NCBI GenBank assembly: GCA_963805085.1
Contig: CAWDTA010000002.1
Span: 1,568,001-1,632,000 of the forward strand
DNA from: an uncultured Veillonellaceae bacterium
GTDB lineage: Bacteria > Bacillota > Negativicutes > JARBTT01
DNA: 64,000 bases
Reading direction: 5' to 3'
In this document: positions 28,341 through 38,430 of the stretch, piece after piece
Layout: every line of letters begins with the position of its first letter
How positions within the stretch are numbered: the first letter of the stretch is position 1
Translations under genes and position numbers: made by a program
Notes under the pieces: model-generated
Told to the model about the DNA's origin: nothing
Seen by the model: only the letters and a program-made list of their open reading frames with translations
Database searches by the model: none

Positions 28341-30197
28341 GTGCGCCACGAAAGCGAAGATGCTTAAGCATCTCTATGCTTAACTAGAGATGGAGGAAGG
28401 CCCTCCGAAGTCGCCATACAGGTGGAGACTTCAAACCACCGTAAGCTGCTGCGGTCAAAAGCCGTGGTGGTGAGCGTTACGGGAAAAGGCGAAACAAGAT
28501 TTCGTTAGGTAAGTGCCAATGGAGACGAACAAAATTGAACCGCTGTAGAAGTATCGAAACTTGCAAATGTCGTCAAAACCGGGTTCTGACAGGTAGTCCG
28601 GGATGAATCTGGAGGAAACCTGATTACTGTCCAGATGGCGTCCGGTATAGAGGCGGCGTGAACGTGGCACAGGCTTTAGTTAGGAACGTGGGAACCTACG
28701 ACCCTGATGATAAAGGAAAAGTCTCAAGCGGAGAACCCGCAAGGACGAAAGTACAGATGCAGGGTATAGGGGCGGAACAGTCTGTAGTAGTGATGAAAAT
28801 CCGTAATGGGAATGGAGCAAAGGGACTGTGTTATCTAGTTTTGAACACTGGTCAACCAAAAGGGAGGAGCCTATGAACAAAACAAAACCGTTTGAAATTT
28901 CCAAGAAAGTAGTAATAAAAGCATACGAACAAATAAAAGCGAATAAGGGAACAGCGGGAATTGATGGTGTATCTGTAGAAAAATTCGAAAAAAAACATGA
29001 AAAATAACTTGTATAAACTGTGGAATCGAATGTCATCAGGATGTTACTTTCCTTCTCCTGTCAAAGCGGTAGAAATACCGAAGAAAAGTGGAGGGAAAAG
29101 AACACTTGGCATACCAACGGTAACCGACCGAATCGCTCAGATGGTAGTCAAACTATACTTTGAACCAGAAGTAGAACCATATTTTAGTCAAGATTCCTAT
29201 GGTTATAGACCTGGAAAGTCAGCAATAGACGCAATTGATATAACTAGGAGAAGATGTTGGAAATATGATTGGGTATTAGAGTTCGACATTAAAGCATTGT
29301 TTGATAACATAGACCATGAGCTACTTATGCGTGCGGTAACTCAGCATACGGATAATCAGTGGATTATTCTGTATATTACCAGATGGTTAAGTAGTCCATT
29401 TCAAACATCCGAAGGCAAAACCATAGAGCGAACAGCCGGCACACCACAAGGTGGAGTAATCAGTCCAGTACTAGCAAATCTATTTTTGCACTATGCATTT
29501 GACAAATGGATGGAAAGGAGCAATCCCCAGAATCCGTGGGCGAGATATGCAGATGATGGGATAATCCACTGTAAAACTAAAGAAGAAGCAGAAAAACTAC
29601 TCATAGGATTAAAGGGAAGATTTGCAGAATGCAAATTAGAGCTGCATCCAGATAAAACGAGAATTGTTTACTGTAAAGATGAAAAGCGTACAGGTGACCA
29701 TCAACATATACAATTTGATTTCTTAGGATACACTTTCCGCCCAAGAAGCTCACAGAGCAAGAACGGTGAGCGATTTCTCAATTTCCTACCAGCAGTAAGC
29801 AATAAAGCTGTAAAAGCAATGGGGCAAACCATAAGACAATGGAAAATCCATCGGATGACAGAAAAGGAACTGGTGGATATAGCCCAGATGGTCAATCCTG
29901 TAGTTAGAGGTTGGATAAACTATTACGGCTGTTTTTACAAATCAGCAATGAATGTAATATTACACAAACTAAATTGGACACTGATTAGATGGATGGTAAA
30001 GAAGTATAAGAGACTAAAATCTAGCAAAAGACGTGCCCGAAACAAGCTAAGGGAAATGGCACAGAGCAAGCAGAAATTATTTGTTCATTGGCGAATGGAA
30101 ATTATTCCAACGGTTAGATGATGGGAGCCGGATGAATTGAGAGGTTCAAGTCCGGTTCTGAGAGAGCCTGAGGGTGAAACTCCCTCGGGCTACTTGC
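28341..30197 (+). mobile_element. Group II intron (bacterial class D-like)
   Basis: 5' GTGCG at 28341. Domain V GAGCCGGATGAATTGAGAGGTTCAAGTCCGGTTC at 30125-30158, then domain VI ending GGGCTACTTGC. The 3' boundary is uncertain by about 1 nt. Confidence 0.88.
28873..30121 (+). pseudogene. ltrA: Group II intron reverse transcriptase/maturase without endonuclease domain, frameshifted at an A8 run
   Basis: ATG 28873 (GGAGGAG RBS) gives MNKTKPFEISK...KANKGTAGIDG. An extra A at 28988-28995 shifts into NLYKLWNRMSSG, LGIPTVTDR, GTPQGG, YADD and RGWINYY. Confidence 0.85.
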
Positions 30198-30211
30198 CCC
30201 TGTGTCCCATT

Positions 30212-30346
30212 GAAATCCCGACAATTTTATTTGATAAAGCAATGAAGAATATAATAAAAAATCTTGTACCAATACGGCCAAATAGAAGTCTTCTCGAAGA
30301 GAGACTTCAAGAAAAAATAAATATCCAGTTAACAAGAAATGCTGTC
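30212..30346 (+). pseudogene. C-terminal remnant of an IS4-family-like transposase
   Basis: KNLVPIRPNRS, then after a frameshift RRETSRKNKYPVNKKC, resembling the basic PIRP.RS...KNKY tail of these transposases. Confidence 0.45.
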
Positions 30347-30437
30347 AAAGAGGATTATAACCTTTCTTTGGCTTCTTTAAAGTTTTCAAGGGTGAAAACT
30401 TTATGCTTGCATTTTGTCCAAAAATGGTATATATTTG

Positions 30438-30467
30438 AATTGTAATTAATTGCAATTAATTACAATT
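30438..30467. repeat. Perfect 30-bp AT-rich palindrome
   Basis: AATTGTAATTAATTGCAATTAATTACAATT is its own reverse complement. Confidence 0.7.
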
Positions 30468-31163
30468 AATTGCGATTATGGATGGATTTTCTTATAAGGT
30501 CAGCGTCAAGAAAGTGCTAATTTAATACTTTGCTGTATTTTGGATGAAGGTAGCTCTTTAGAGCTGGTTTGTAGGAGCAGATTTCAACTGCTTCAGTCCG
30601 AAAGGTTGCGGTGGTGAATGTTATGGAAAAATACGGGATATATTTCGACATGTATGGCTTAGAGAGACGAACGAAAGTAAACCATTTTATTTGTAGAAAA
30701 ATGTAAAGCTTATTCGCAAAATAAAGTGAAAATTGACAGAGAAATATAATGTAAATAATAAAAATATAATTATTATTATAAAATATTTGGAAAACAAGAA
30801 AGAATGGCTGTATGTGGCACTTTGGCCTGTCTGGAACTAGTACTGTAACCACCCATTTCTTATTTGAGGGTTCTTTATTTCTAAAGGAAGCAGAAAAATT
30901 TTGTTTCGTGATACAGAAAATGAAAAGGAACAGGCTGAAAAAAGGTAGAGAGTGCCAATACCTCGTCCCCCTGCCACGTCGAATTGGCAGGATAGTGTTT
31001 TTGACGTATCTGTAAGAGCATTATGGTGTTTGTTGGGTTGCGTTAACTACACTTATACTTTTAGGATTTATTTTTGACATTCTAAGTAGATTGGCAAAAT
31101 AAATTAATTTGTCGCGACAAAAAATTAAGGTTAAATTTTAACTGAAAGAAGGGAGGGTGCAGA

Positions 31164-31271
31164 ATGAAAAAGTATCAAGCTCCTAAAGTTATAGTGCTTG
31201 GCAATGTCCTTGAGTTGACACTGGGCTGGGGAATGTATGGTAAAAAGGATATGACAAACTGGTATTATTAA
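31164..31271 (+). CDS. Lasso peptide precursor (35 aa; absent from the ORF track)
   Basis: GGGAGG RBS, then MKKYQAPKVIVLGNVLELTL-GWGMYGKKDMTNWYY*. YxxP leader motif, Thr at -2, Gly1 and Asp9 in the core. Directly upstream of a lasso cyclase. Confidence 0.92.
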   Translation: MKKYQAPKVIVLGNVLELTLGWGMYGKKDMTNWYY

Positions 31272-31274
31272 GCA

Positions 31275-31315
31275 ATAAAATATCGCCATGGGACATTCCC
31301 ATGGCGATATTTTAT
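31275..31315 (+). terminator. Stem-loop between the precursor and cyclase genes
   Basis: ATAAAATATCGCCATGGGA-cat-TCCCATGGCGATATTTTAT. Confidence 0.75.
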
Positions 31316-31332
31316 AATGCAGGAGGTCTTTT

Positions 31333-33174
31333 ATGCGTAATTTTTGTGGGTTATTGCCTAAAATTGATACAAGAAATGCTCCTGATATTGAATTTTATGG
31401 AAAAAACATGGGAGATATAATTAGGCCTTTATGGGTAGAACCGCCTTATAGAGAGCAATCATTTTTAAGGATAAAAGAAAAACCGTATGAATGTATTTTG
31501 ATTGGTAATTTTTTTGCAAAAAAAGAGGAAATTAAGACAATTTTTTATAAGTGTATTAAGAATTCAAATTATACTGAATTGATTACTTTGCCAGGTAATT
31601 ATAATTTGATCGTTCATGAAAATGAAAATACGTTAATTTTTTCAGATATAACTGGTCTCAAGCCTGTGTTTTTTACTGATTATAATAATCAGTTTATTGC
31701 ATATTCGTCATCTAGTCTTATATTACAACAGTTAATAAATGCAGAGATAAATACTGACTGGATTTCCAAATTTTTGATTTGCCCTGGAATACAGGAATTG
31801 TTACAAGACCAATCTCCATTTCAAAATATAAAATGTATATTACCAGGACATTTTCTTTTCTTTTCTCCTAACAAAACCCAATATTTTCCTTATTGGATTC
31901 CACCGCCTGGAGAAAAGAATATTACTGATGTTTCTAATAAATTAAAAACGCATCTTTTAATGGGCATAAATAATCGAGTCTCGATGTATGGGGAAAATAT
32001 GTCGGCTGATTTAAGTGGAGGTTTAGATTCTACAAGTTTATCCGTATTGGCCGCGAAAATGATGGATAAAAAGGGACAAACCTTGAATACGATTACATAT
32101 GGAAGTACTTCTGAAAGAGAAGATACTATTTATGCCCAAAAAGTTGCTTCAAAATTTGCAAATATTAATTCTAATATTTTAGGAGTACATGAATTTCCTT
32201 CAGCTTTTAGTAATTTAGAAATTCCTTTAACAGACGAACCACTCATAAACGCAACTACATTCGGAAACTTTTACTATGGTTTTAATTTTATTAAAGCAAT
32301 GAACTCGGAACTTCATCTTAGTGGTGAAGGTGCAGATGCGGTTCTTTTATCTCCATATTCTTATTTGGCTGATTTGATTTTAAAGAGAAAAATAAAAACA
32401 CTTTTTAGCCATATCAATGGATGGGCAAAAGTAAAAAACATTTCGCAAGGATTTTTAATCAAAAGCGCATTCATGCTTAGTATAACTAAATACCAACATT
32501 GGGCTAAAAAACAATCTATAAATCTGCAAAGAAATCAAAACAAACAAAATATTTTTGAATTGGGTTGGTTTCAAGCCCCCCAAAAAGCTAGCTGGCATAC
32601 TGATGAAGCAGTGAGAGTTATTGTTTCTTTGTTAAAAACACATTCGATAACAGGTATTCCGTTTTCTGAAAAGCCGGGACAACATGAAGCTTATTCTAAT
32701 ATTTTGGCTATTGGTCGTACGTCAAGAGTGCTTCAACAGGTAGCAGGAGCATATGACGTTAATTTAGATTTTCCATATTTAGATGCCATGATTGTTGATA
32801 CTTGTTTACAAGCAAAGACAGAAGACCGCAATAATCCATTTCTTTTTAAACCATTGCTCTATCATTCTTTAAAATCCGATATTCCAGAGTTTATTTTATC
32901 GAGAACAACTAAAGGAGATTATACCGATGACTTATATAAAGGAATTCAAAAAAATCTCAATACTGTTATTAATTTGTTCCAAGAGTCGTACCTGCATAAT
33001 TTAGGATTAATTTGTTCGAATACTTTAATAGAAGCGGCTAAAACATTTAATATGGGATTGGATGTTGGACTTTGTCAATTTTGCAATACAGTAGCAGCAG
33101 AATTATGGATAAGAAATATTAAATCTAATCAACAACAGTATTGGAGGAAAAAATATGTTGCCAACAAAACTTAA
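31333..33174 (+). CDS. Lasso peptide cyclase (C protein, asparagine synthetase-like)
   Basis: ADLSGGLDST, LSGEGADAVL, FPYLD, FKPLL and RTTKGD motifs. No N-terminal catalytic Cys of AsnB. Confidence 0.9.
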   Translation: MRNFCGLLPKIDTRNAPDIEFYGKNMGDIIRPLWVEPPYREQSFLRIKEKPYECILIGNFFAKKEEIKTIFYKCIKNSNYTELITLPGNYNLIVHENENTLIFSDITGLKPVFFTDYNNQFIAYSSSSLILQQLINAEINTDWISKFLICPGIQELLQDQSPFQNIKCILPGHFLFFSPNKTQYFPYWIPPPGEKNITDVSNKLKTHLLMGINNRVSMYGENMSADLSGGLDSTSLSVLAAKMMDKKGQTLNTITYGSTSEREDTIYAQKVASKFANINSNILGVHEFPSAFSNLEIPLTDEPLINATTFGNFYYGFNFIKAMNSELHLSGEGADAVLLSPYSYLADLILKRKIKTLFSHINGWAKVKNISQGFLIKSAFMLSITKYQHWAKKQSINLQRNQNKQNIFELGWFQAPQKASWHTDEAVRVIVSLLKTHSITGIPFSEKPGQHEAYSNILAIGRTSRVLQQVAGAYDVNLDFPYLDAMIVDTCLQAKTEDRNNPFLFKPLLYHSLKSDIPEFILSRTTKGDYTDDLYKGIQKNLNTVINLFQESYLHNLGLICSNTLIEAAKTFNMGLDVGLCQFCNTVAAELWIRNIKSNQQQYWRKKYVANKT

Positions 33175-34927
33175 AACAGTTTTGTATACATTGAAATTAG
33201 CTTGGGATACTAACCGCGTTATGGCGTTTTTTTTAGTAGCATTACTGTTTATACAAGCAATTATGGGCGTTGCTGTTTTATGGACAATGGGACGCATAAT
33301 CAACGAAATTGTCGCAAATCAATTCAGTTTAATAACTATAGCTATGCTTGTATCAACATTAGCAATGACTTTAATTTTTCCTACAGTTTTTCAAATAGCT
33401 CAGAGCATTTTTATGGATAAAGCTAGTATACATGTTGGTTATCGTTTTTTGCAATCAATTCTTTCGATGGTTACGATAGAAGAATTAGAAAAACCAAAAT
33501 TTTTTCAACAAGTCACAAATGTTCGTCAGCGACTACAAAGAGATCTGGCTGGAGTAATTATATTTGTTTCTTATGGGGCGCAAAACCTTTTAATGGGGAC
33601 AGTGTTGCTAATTGTTCTCGGAATGTATTCCTGGCCATTAGTTTTTTTTCTTTTATTTACACTTATTCCTCGTGCACAAATAGAATTGGAATTTGTTTCT
33701 ATGACAGATGAAACACTTGAAATGAACGACCCAGAAGCACGACGTCTTAGCGCAATAAGAAATAGTATGTTAAGCCGTGATACGGTAATGGATGCATTGA
33801 TACATAATATTGCAGATTTATTAACGAAAACTTATGAAAATTTGTTTGATGATGTATCCAAAAAAATTAATCGAGAACGAAATCGTATACTGAACAATGT
33901 TTTATGGCGAACTCTGATTTTTGTTGCAGGTCCTACTATTTCAATTGCTTGGATTATTACACAGAAAGATATTAATGCCGGTAATGTTTTTTTATATATT
34001 AGTGCTATTTTGGCAATGGGAATGTCAATCTTAAATGGGTTTTATAATGTAGGCGTAGCCATGCGTATTTCTTCTTTTGCGAATGAAATTAAAGCAACAT
34101 TAGATATGGACATTAAAAAGAAAGCTAAAGCTATTCCAGTAGATTCGAATGAATTTTCCGTTCAAATTCAGGATTTGTGGTTTAGATATAATACTGATAC
34201 AGAACCGCTGTTACAAGGAATAAACCTGACAATAAACCACGGTGAATGTATTGCGCTAGTTGGTGAAAATGGGGCTGGAAAAACAACATTAATAAAATTG
34301 ATTTCGGGATTATATTATCCAGATAAAGGAAATATAAAGATTAATAATTCTTTACTAATACCAGATAATATACCCTCCTTTCGTAACGAAATGGCGGTTT
34401 TAACTCAGGATTATCTTCGCTTTGCTGGCACTGTGGCGGAAAATATAACTTTTGGTCTATGTCGAGATGAAGAAAAGCTAATCTCTGTATTAAAAGATGT
34501 TGGACTATATTCGTTTGTTGAACAGTTACCCAATAAATTAGATACTTCTTTATCAGGCTCATTTGGAGGAACAGAATTATCAGGAGGTCAGTGGCAAAAA
34601 ATTGCCTTAGCTCGTGTTCTGTATCGTTCACCTAAATGCTTAATTCTTGATGAACCATTAGCGTCTTTAGATGTAGAATCAGAAGTGGAGTTTTATCAGG
34701 CAATTCGCCGTTGGAGTAAAGGGCGTACTGTTATTATTGTGTCTCATCGATTAGCAGTTAACCAATTTGTAGATCGAATTTTGTTTTTAAAAGACGGAAA
34801 AATTGTTCAAGACGGAACACATACTAACCTAATGCAAGAACAAGGATATTATTCTGAACTTTACATAAAGCAACTTTATAATCTTGGTTTGCTAGAAAAG
34901 GAGGGAAGAATTAAGGATGAAATATAA
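33155..34927 (+). CDS. ABC transporter (TMD+NBD), lasso export/immunity 1
   Basis: TM domain plus GENGAGKTT, LSGGQWQK, LILDEP and SHR motifs. Confidence 0.88.
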   Translation: MLPTKLKTVLYTLKLAWDTNRVMAFFLVALLFIQAIMGVAVLWTMGRIINEIVANQFSLITIAMLVSTLAMTLIFPTVFQIAQSIFMDKASIHVGYRFLQSILSMVTIEELEKPKFFQQVTNVRQRLQRDLAGVIIFVSYGAQNLLMGTVLLIVLGMYSWPLVFFLLFTLIPRAQIELEFVSMTDETLEMNDPEARRLSAIRNSMLSRDTVMDALIHNIADLLTKTYENLFDDVSKKINRERNRILNNVLWRTLIFVAGPTISIAWIITQKDINAGNVFLYISAILAMGMSILNGFYNVGVAMRISSFANEIKATLDMDIKKKAKAIPVDSNEFSVQIQDLWFRYNTDTEPLLQGINLTINHGECIALVGENGAGKTTLIKLISGLYYPDKGNIKINNSLLIPDNIPSFRNEMAVLTQDYLRFAGTVAENITFGLCRDEEKLISVLKDVGLYSFVEQLPNKLDTSLSGSFGGTELSGGQWQKIALARVLYRSPKCLILDEPLASLDVESEVEFYQAIRRWSKGRTVIIVSHRLAVNQFVDRILFLKDGKIVQDGTHTNLMQEQGYYSELYIKQLYNLGLLEKEGRIKDEI

Positions 34928-36701
34928 ATTTGCCGAAAGAATTACTGCAATTAAAAACTGGGTAAGCAGTTTTTTAATCAATCTTAAACTTGCGTTTAAT
35001 GTTGATCTAAAAAGTACTTTAATTTTAATTTTTTCTGCTTTTATTACCGGCATTGCACCAGTTGTCTTAGCTATTACAACTGGAATGGTGGTTGGACAAT
35101 TTATTCCTGGGTCTGCAGCTTCCATAGGTAAAATAATTATAATATATACTGTAACTTACAGTATGCTACAATTTGGTCATATAGGAGTGGTGTCTCAACG
35201 TGGGCGACTGGCGGAAAGAATTACGAGAACTATGAGTGAGCAAATTATGAAATTGCCGCCAAAATGGATAGGAGTAGAACATTTCGAGAATAAAGAAATA
35301 TACGATAAAATAGCAACAGTTGATAATTTAATTGGGAGTATGGCATCAGTTTTTTTTGTACAAGCAATAACTTCGGCAATAACATGTCTTGGCACATTTG
35401 TTCTTCTATGGGTAATAGATTGGCGTATAGCGATATTATCATCAATAGTTATAATACCTCTAGCTGTTTGGCAAGCAAAAGAGTCAAGAAAATCGCAAAT
35501 TGATATCCAGATGTTGTCTCCTAATTATAGACGAATCAATTATCTACTTGAACTATCAACAGAAATAAAGACAGCAAAAGAAATAAAATTATTAAATGCT
35601 GAAAAATTTATTCTTGATAATTATCAAAAGCACAGCGAATCAATTCTGAAAGAACTTTTGTATATACGATTAAAAGAAGGCATAAAGTCAATATCAGGTA
35701 CGATTATTTGCGGATTATCTTTAGGCGTGATATGTGGACTTATAGTGTTTTGGTCAATTGATAGTCAATTGGATCCTGTTAAATTAGCGATTTTTTTTGT
35801 TGCAATTAAAGAGGGACAACAAGCAGTGGGGCAAGTATATTCATTTATGTGGGCATTTTCCACTTTAACGTTATTTTTCTCTACGATGATAGAAATGCAA
35901 AAATTTGAGGGATTGCCACAAGGAACACAAAATATAACAGAAATAGAGTCCTTGGCAACTAATAATATAAGTTTTACATATCAAGGAAGAAATCGGGCAG
36001 CACTTTCCGAAATTAATATTAGTATTAATCGAGGAGAAATTTTAGTTATTGTTGGTGAAAATGGCGCGGGGAAAAGCTCTTTAATTAAACTTCTTACTCG
36101 TATGTATGATCCGAAAGAAGGAACACTCAATATTAATGGTAATGATTTGAAACAATTTGATACTACCAGCTATAGAAATTTACTGGGTGTTTCTTTGCAA
36201 GATGTGGGCAGATTTCCGTTAACTCTGAAAGAAAATATTTTCTTCGATAAAAATGATTGTACGGAAAACGTGAAAGAAGTATTCAAAAAAATAGATATGG
36301 AGACTTATCTTGCAAAACTGCCTAAAGGTGGAGATGAATTGGTAGGGCGGCAATGGGGTGGTATTGAGATGTCAGGAGGTCAATGGCAAAAAATAGGATC
36401 TGCGCGGGTGTTTGCTAGACCTAATACAGATTTACTGATTATGGATGAGCCAAATACATTTTTGGATGCACATGCTGAGGCGGCTTTGCTTGATAATATA
36501 GTAAAATATATCCGAAATAATAATCTGAGCTGCATTTTCATTACTCATCGTTTAGGTGCAGCACGAATAGGTGATCGTATTCTCGTTATGCATGACGGAA
36601 AGATTGTTGAGTCTGGAACACACGCGGAGCTAATAAAAAATCAAGGGAAATATTCAAAATTATGGAGTATACAGAAAGAACAGTATCAGTTAGTTGATTA
36701 A
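34917..36701 (+). CDS. ABC transporter (TMD+NBD), lasso export/immunity 2
   Basis: TM domain plus GENGAGKSS, MSGGQWQK, IMDEP and THR motifs. Confidence 0.88.
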   Translation: MKYKFAERITAIKNWVSSFLINLKLAFNVDLKSTLILIFSAFITGIAPVVLAITTGMVVGQFIPGSAASIGKIIIIYTVTYSMLQFGHIGVVSQRGRLAERITRTMSEQIMKLPPKWIGVEHFENKEIYDKIATVDNLIGSMASVFFVQAITSAITCLGTFVLLWVIDWRIAILSSIVIIPLAVWQAKESRKSQIDIQMLSPNYRRINYLLELSTEIKTAKEIKLLNAEKFILDNYQKHSESILKELLYIRLKEGIKSISGTIICGLSLGVICGLIVFWSIDSQLDPVKLAIFFVAIKEGQQAVGQVYSFMWAFSTLTLFFSTMIEMQKFEGLPQGTQNITEIESLATNNISFTYQGRNRAALSEINISINRGEILVIVGENGAGKSSLIKLLTRMYDPKEGTLNINGNDLKQFDTTSYRNLLGVSLQDVGRFPLTLKENIFFDKNDCTENVKEVFKKIDMETYLAKLPKGGDELVGRQWGGIEMSGGQWQKIGSARVFARPNTDLLIMDEPNTFLDAHAEAALLDNIVKYIRNNNLSCIFITHRLGAARIGDRILVMHDGKIVESGTHAELIKNQGKYSKLWSIQKEQYQLVD

Positions 36702-36737
36702 ATAAGCGTTTTCATTAAAAATGCGGGAGGAATATTG

Positions 36738-37004
36738 ATGAAAAACCTTCGTATGCCAGAACATGTAAAAATCAGCTCTTTTGAAGGAAAGGCTATTTTG
36801 TTAGATTCGCGTAACAATATGTATTATTGTTTGAACGAAAGTGCGTTAGAGTTTTTGGATATTTTTAGTAATGTTCAATCTTTTGAACAGGCCGTGGAAG
36901 ATTTTGTGAAAAAATATGAAGGTGTATCTATTGAGCAAATAAAACAGGATATGCGAGATTTATTTACAGAATTAATAAATGCTGGGTTGCTTGAACATTT
37001 CTAA
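36738..37004 (+). CDS. Lasso B1 RiPP recognition element (PqqD family)
   Basis: AILLD...YYCLNESA...Y.GVS.EQIKQDM..LF.EL...GLL pattern of PqqD/RRE proteins. Confidence 0.88.
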   Translation: MKNLRMPEHVKISSFEGKAILLDSRNNMYYCLNESALEFLDIFSNVQSFEQAVEDFVKKYEGVSIEQIKQDMRDLFTELINAGLLEHF

Positions 37005-37028
37005 ACTTTATGGAAGGAGAATATAATA

Positions 37029-37451
37029 ATGACTAAGCAAATGGCTTGGAATTCATTAGATTTAGATTTAAATTTATTAGAATATATTCAAGGATTATTC
37101 TCTATAATATTAGCTTATATTCTATTACATGGCTTTTCGTTAGAAAAACTAAGAAAATTATTATTAACTGTAACAAAAAAAAGAATGAAGGAAGAATACA
37201 GTTTTGATGAAGCTATTAGAGTATGGCTGGCTATTAGAAAATCTCAAAAATTTTTGTTACTAAGAGTAGCTTGTATGGAACAATCATTAGCATTTGTTAT
37301 TTTTTCTATTTTAAAAAGAAAACGTGTTTTATGGTGCATTGGAGCCAAATTAAATCCGTTTGAAGCACATGCATGGATTGAAATAGAAGGAGAGCCTTTT
37401 CAAGAACCGGATTATTCAAAACGACAGTTTCAAAAATTATTTGTTACTTGA
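37029..37451 (+). CDS. Lasso B2 leader peptidase (transglutaminase-like)
   Basis: ACMEQS catalytic Cys and PFEAHAWIE His/Glu motif. Confidence 0.9.
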   Translation: MTKQMAWNSLDLDLNLLEYIQGLFSIILAYILLHGFSLEKLRKLLLTVTKKRMKEEYSFDEAIRVWLAIRKSQKFLLLRVACMEQSLAFVIFSILKRKRVLWCIGAKLNPFEAHAWIEIEGEPFQEPDYSKRQFQKLFVT

Positions 37452-37683
37452 AGATAATAAATTAACCCACAATAAAAAAACAATCACACTAAAGTGCGTG
37501 TTGTCTTTTGAATTGACACAAAACGCGTTGTTAGTAGGCTTTGAGACAATCTAAAAGACACATCATAGATCCGAGGTGATAAAATGTGATTGGCAAAAGG
37601 TTATTGAGTCGGGATAAGAAAAATAAGTAAGGAGATTTCATAGTATTTATGTACTAAAGTTGCTATTGAAAGGGATTGCCTAT

Positions 37684-38430
37684 ATGATAGATAAATCTGG
37701 ATTTGTATCTGAATTATTGATTAATATAAGAAGAGAAAATATAAATCAATATCCTTATAATCTTGATGTTTTAAAAAATTTGAATAAGTTGGTTTTAAAT
37801 GAAAAAGTAACATTTTTAGTTGGAGAAAATGGAACGGGGAAATCAACGCTAATTGAAGCTATTGCGATTGCCTATGGATTTAATCCGGAAGGTGGTTCTA
37901 TAAATTTTAATTTTTCAACTAGATTTTCTTCATCTCAACTTTACAAAAACATAAGGATTAGAAAAACATTAAATCATCCTAAAGATGGATATTTTTTAAG
38001 AGCAGAAAGCTTTTACAATGTTGCAACAAATATTGAAGAAATGGATGATATTCCATCAGGAACAAAAAAAATTATTGAATCATATGGTGGTAAATCGCTG
38101 CATGAACAATCACATGGTGAATCATTTTTTTCCCTTTTTTTAAATAGATTTAGAGAAAATGGCTTTTATATTTTAGATGAACCAGAAGCCGCTCTTTCGG
38201 TAGAAAGACAATTGACATTTGTTTCACGATTACATGAACTAGTCGAAAACAATTCCCAGTTTGTTATTGCTACTCATTCACCGATTATATTATCCTATCC
38301 CAATTCAACAATATATGAAATTGGGCAAGATGGTCTCAACATAGTAACTTACGAAGATACAGAACAATATAAATTTATGAAGTTATTTATTAATAATTAT
38401 CCTAATATTCTAAAGAAAGTAATGGATTGA
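37684..38430 (+). CDS. Predicted ABC/AAA ATPase (COG3910-like)
   Basis: GENGTGKST, FNPEGG, FLRAESF, SHGESF, LDEPE and ATHSP motifs. Confidence 0.82.
   Translation: MIDKSGFVSELLINIRRENINQYPYNLDVLKNLNKLVLNEKVTFLVGENGTGKSTLIEAIAIAYGFNPEGGSINFNFSTRFSSSQLYKNIRIRKTLNHPKDGYFLRAESFYNVATNIEEMDDIPSGTKKIIESYGGKSLHEQSHGESFFSLFLNRFRENGFYILDEPEAALSVERQLTFVSRLHELVENNSQFVIATHSPIILSYPNSTIYEIGQDGLNIVTYEDTEQYKFMKLFINNYPNILKKVMD

Noticed and set aside
28455-29036. Short ORFs at 28455-28670, 28658-28876 and 28680-29036
   Set aside because: They lie in the structured intron RNA domains or antisense to the RT.
28997-30121. RT as a retron, DGR or defence RT
   Set aside because: A GTGCG 5' end, canonical domains V/VI and a maturase X domain identify a group II intron.
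31333-33174. Asparagine synthetase AsnB
   Set aside because: It lacks the N-terminal Cys glutaminase start and is flanked by lasso precursor, RRE and peptidase genes.
37470-37553. Possible IS1182-like right end (TTTGAGACAATCT) after lasso B2
   Set aside because: Only a short resemblance to the MITE end, with no partner repeat or transposase found.
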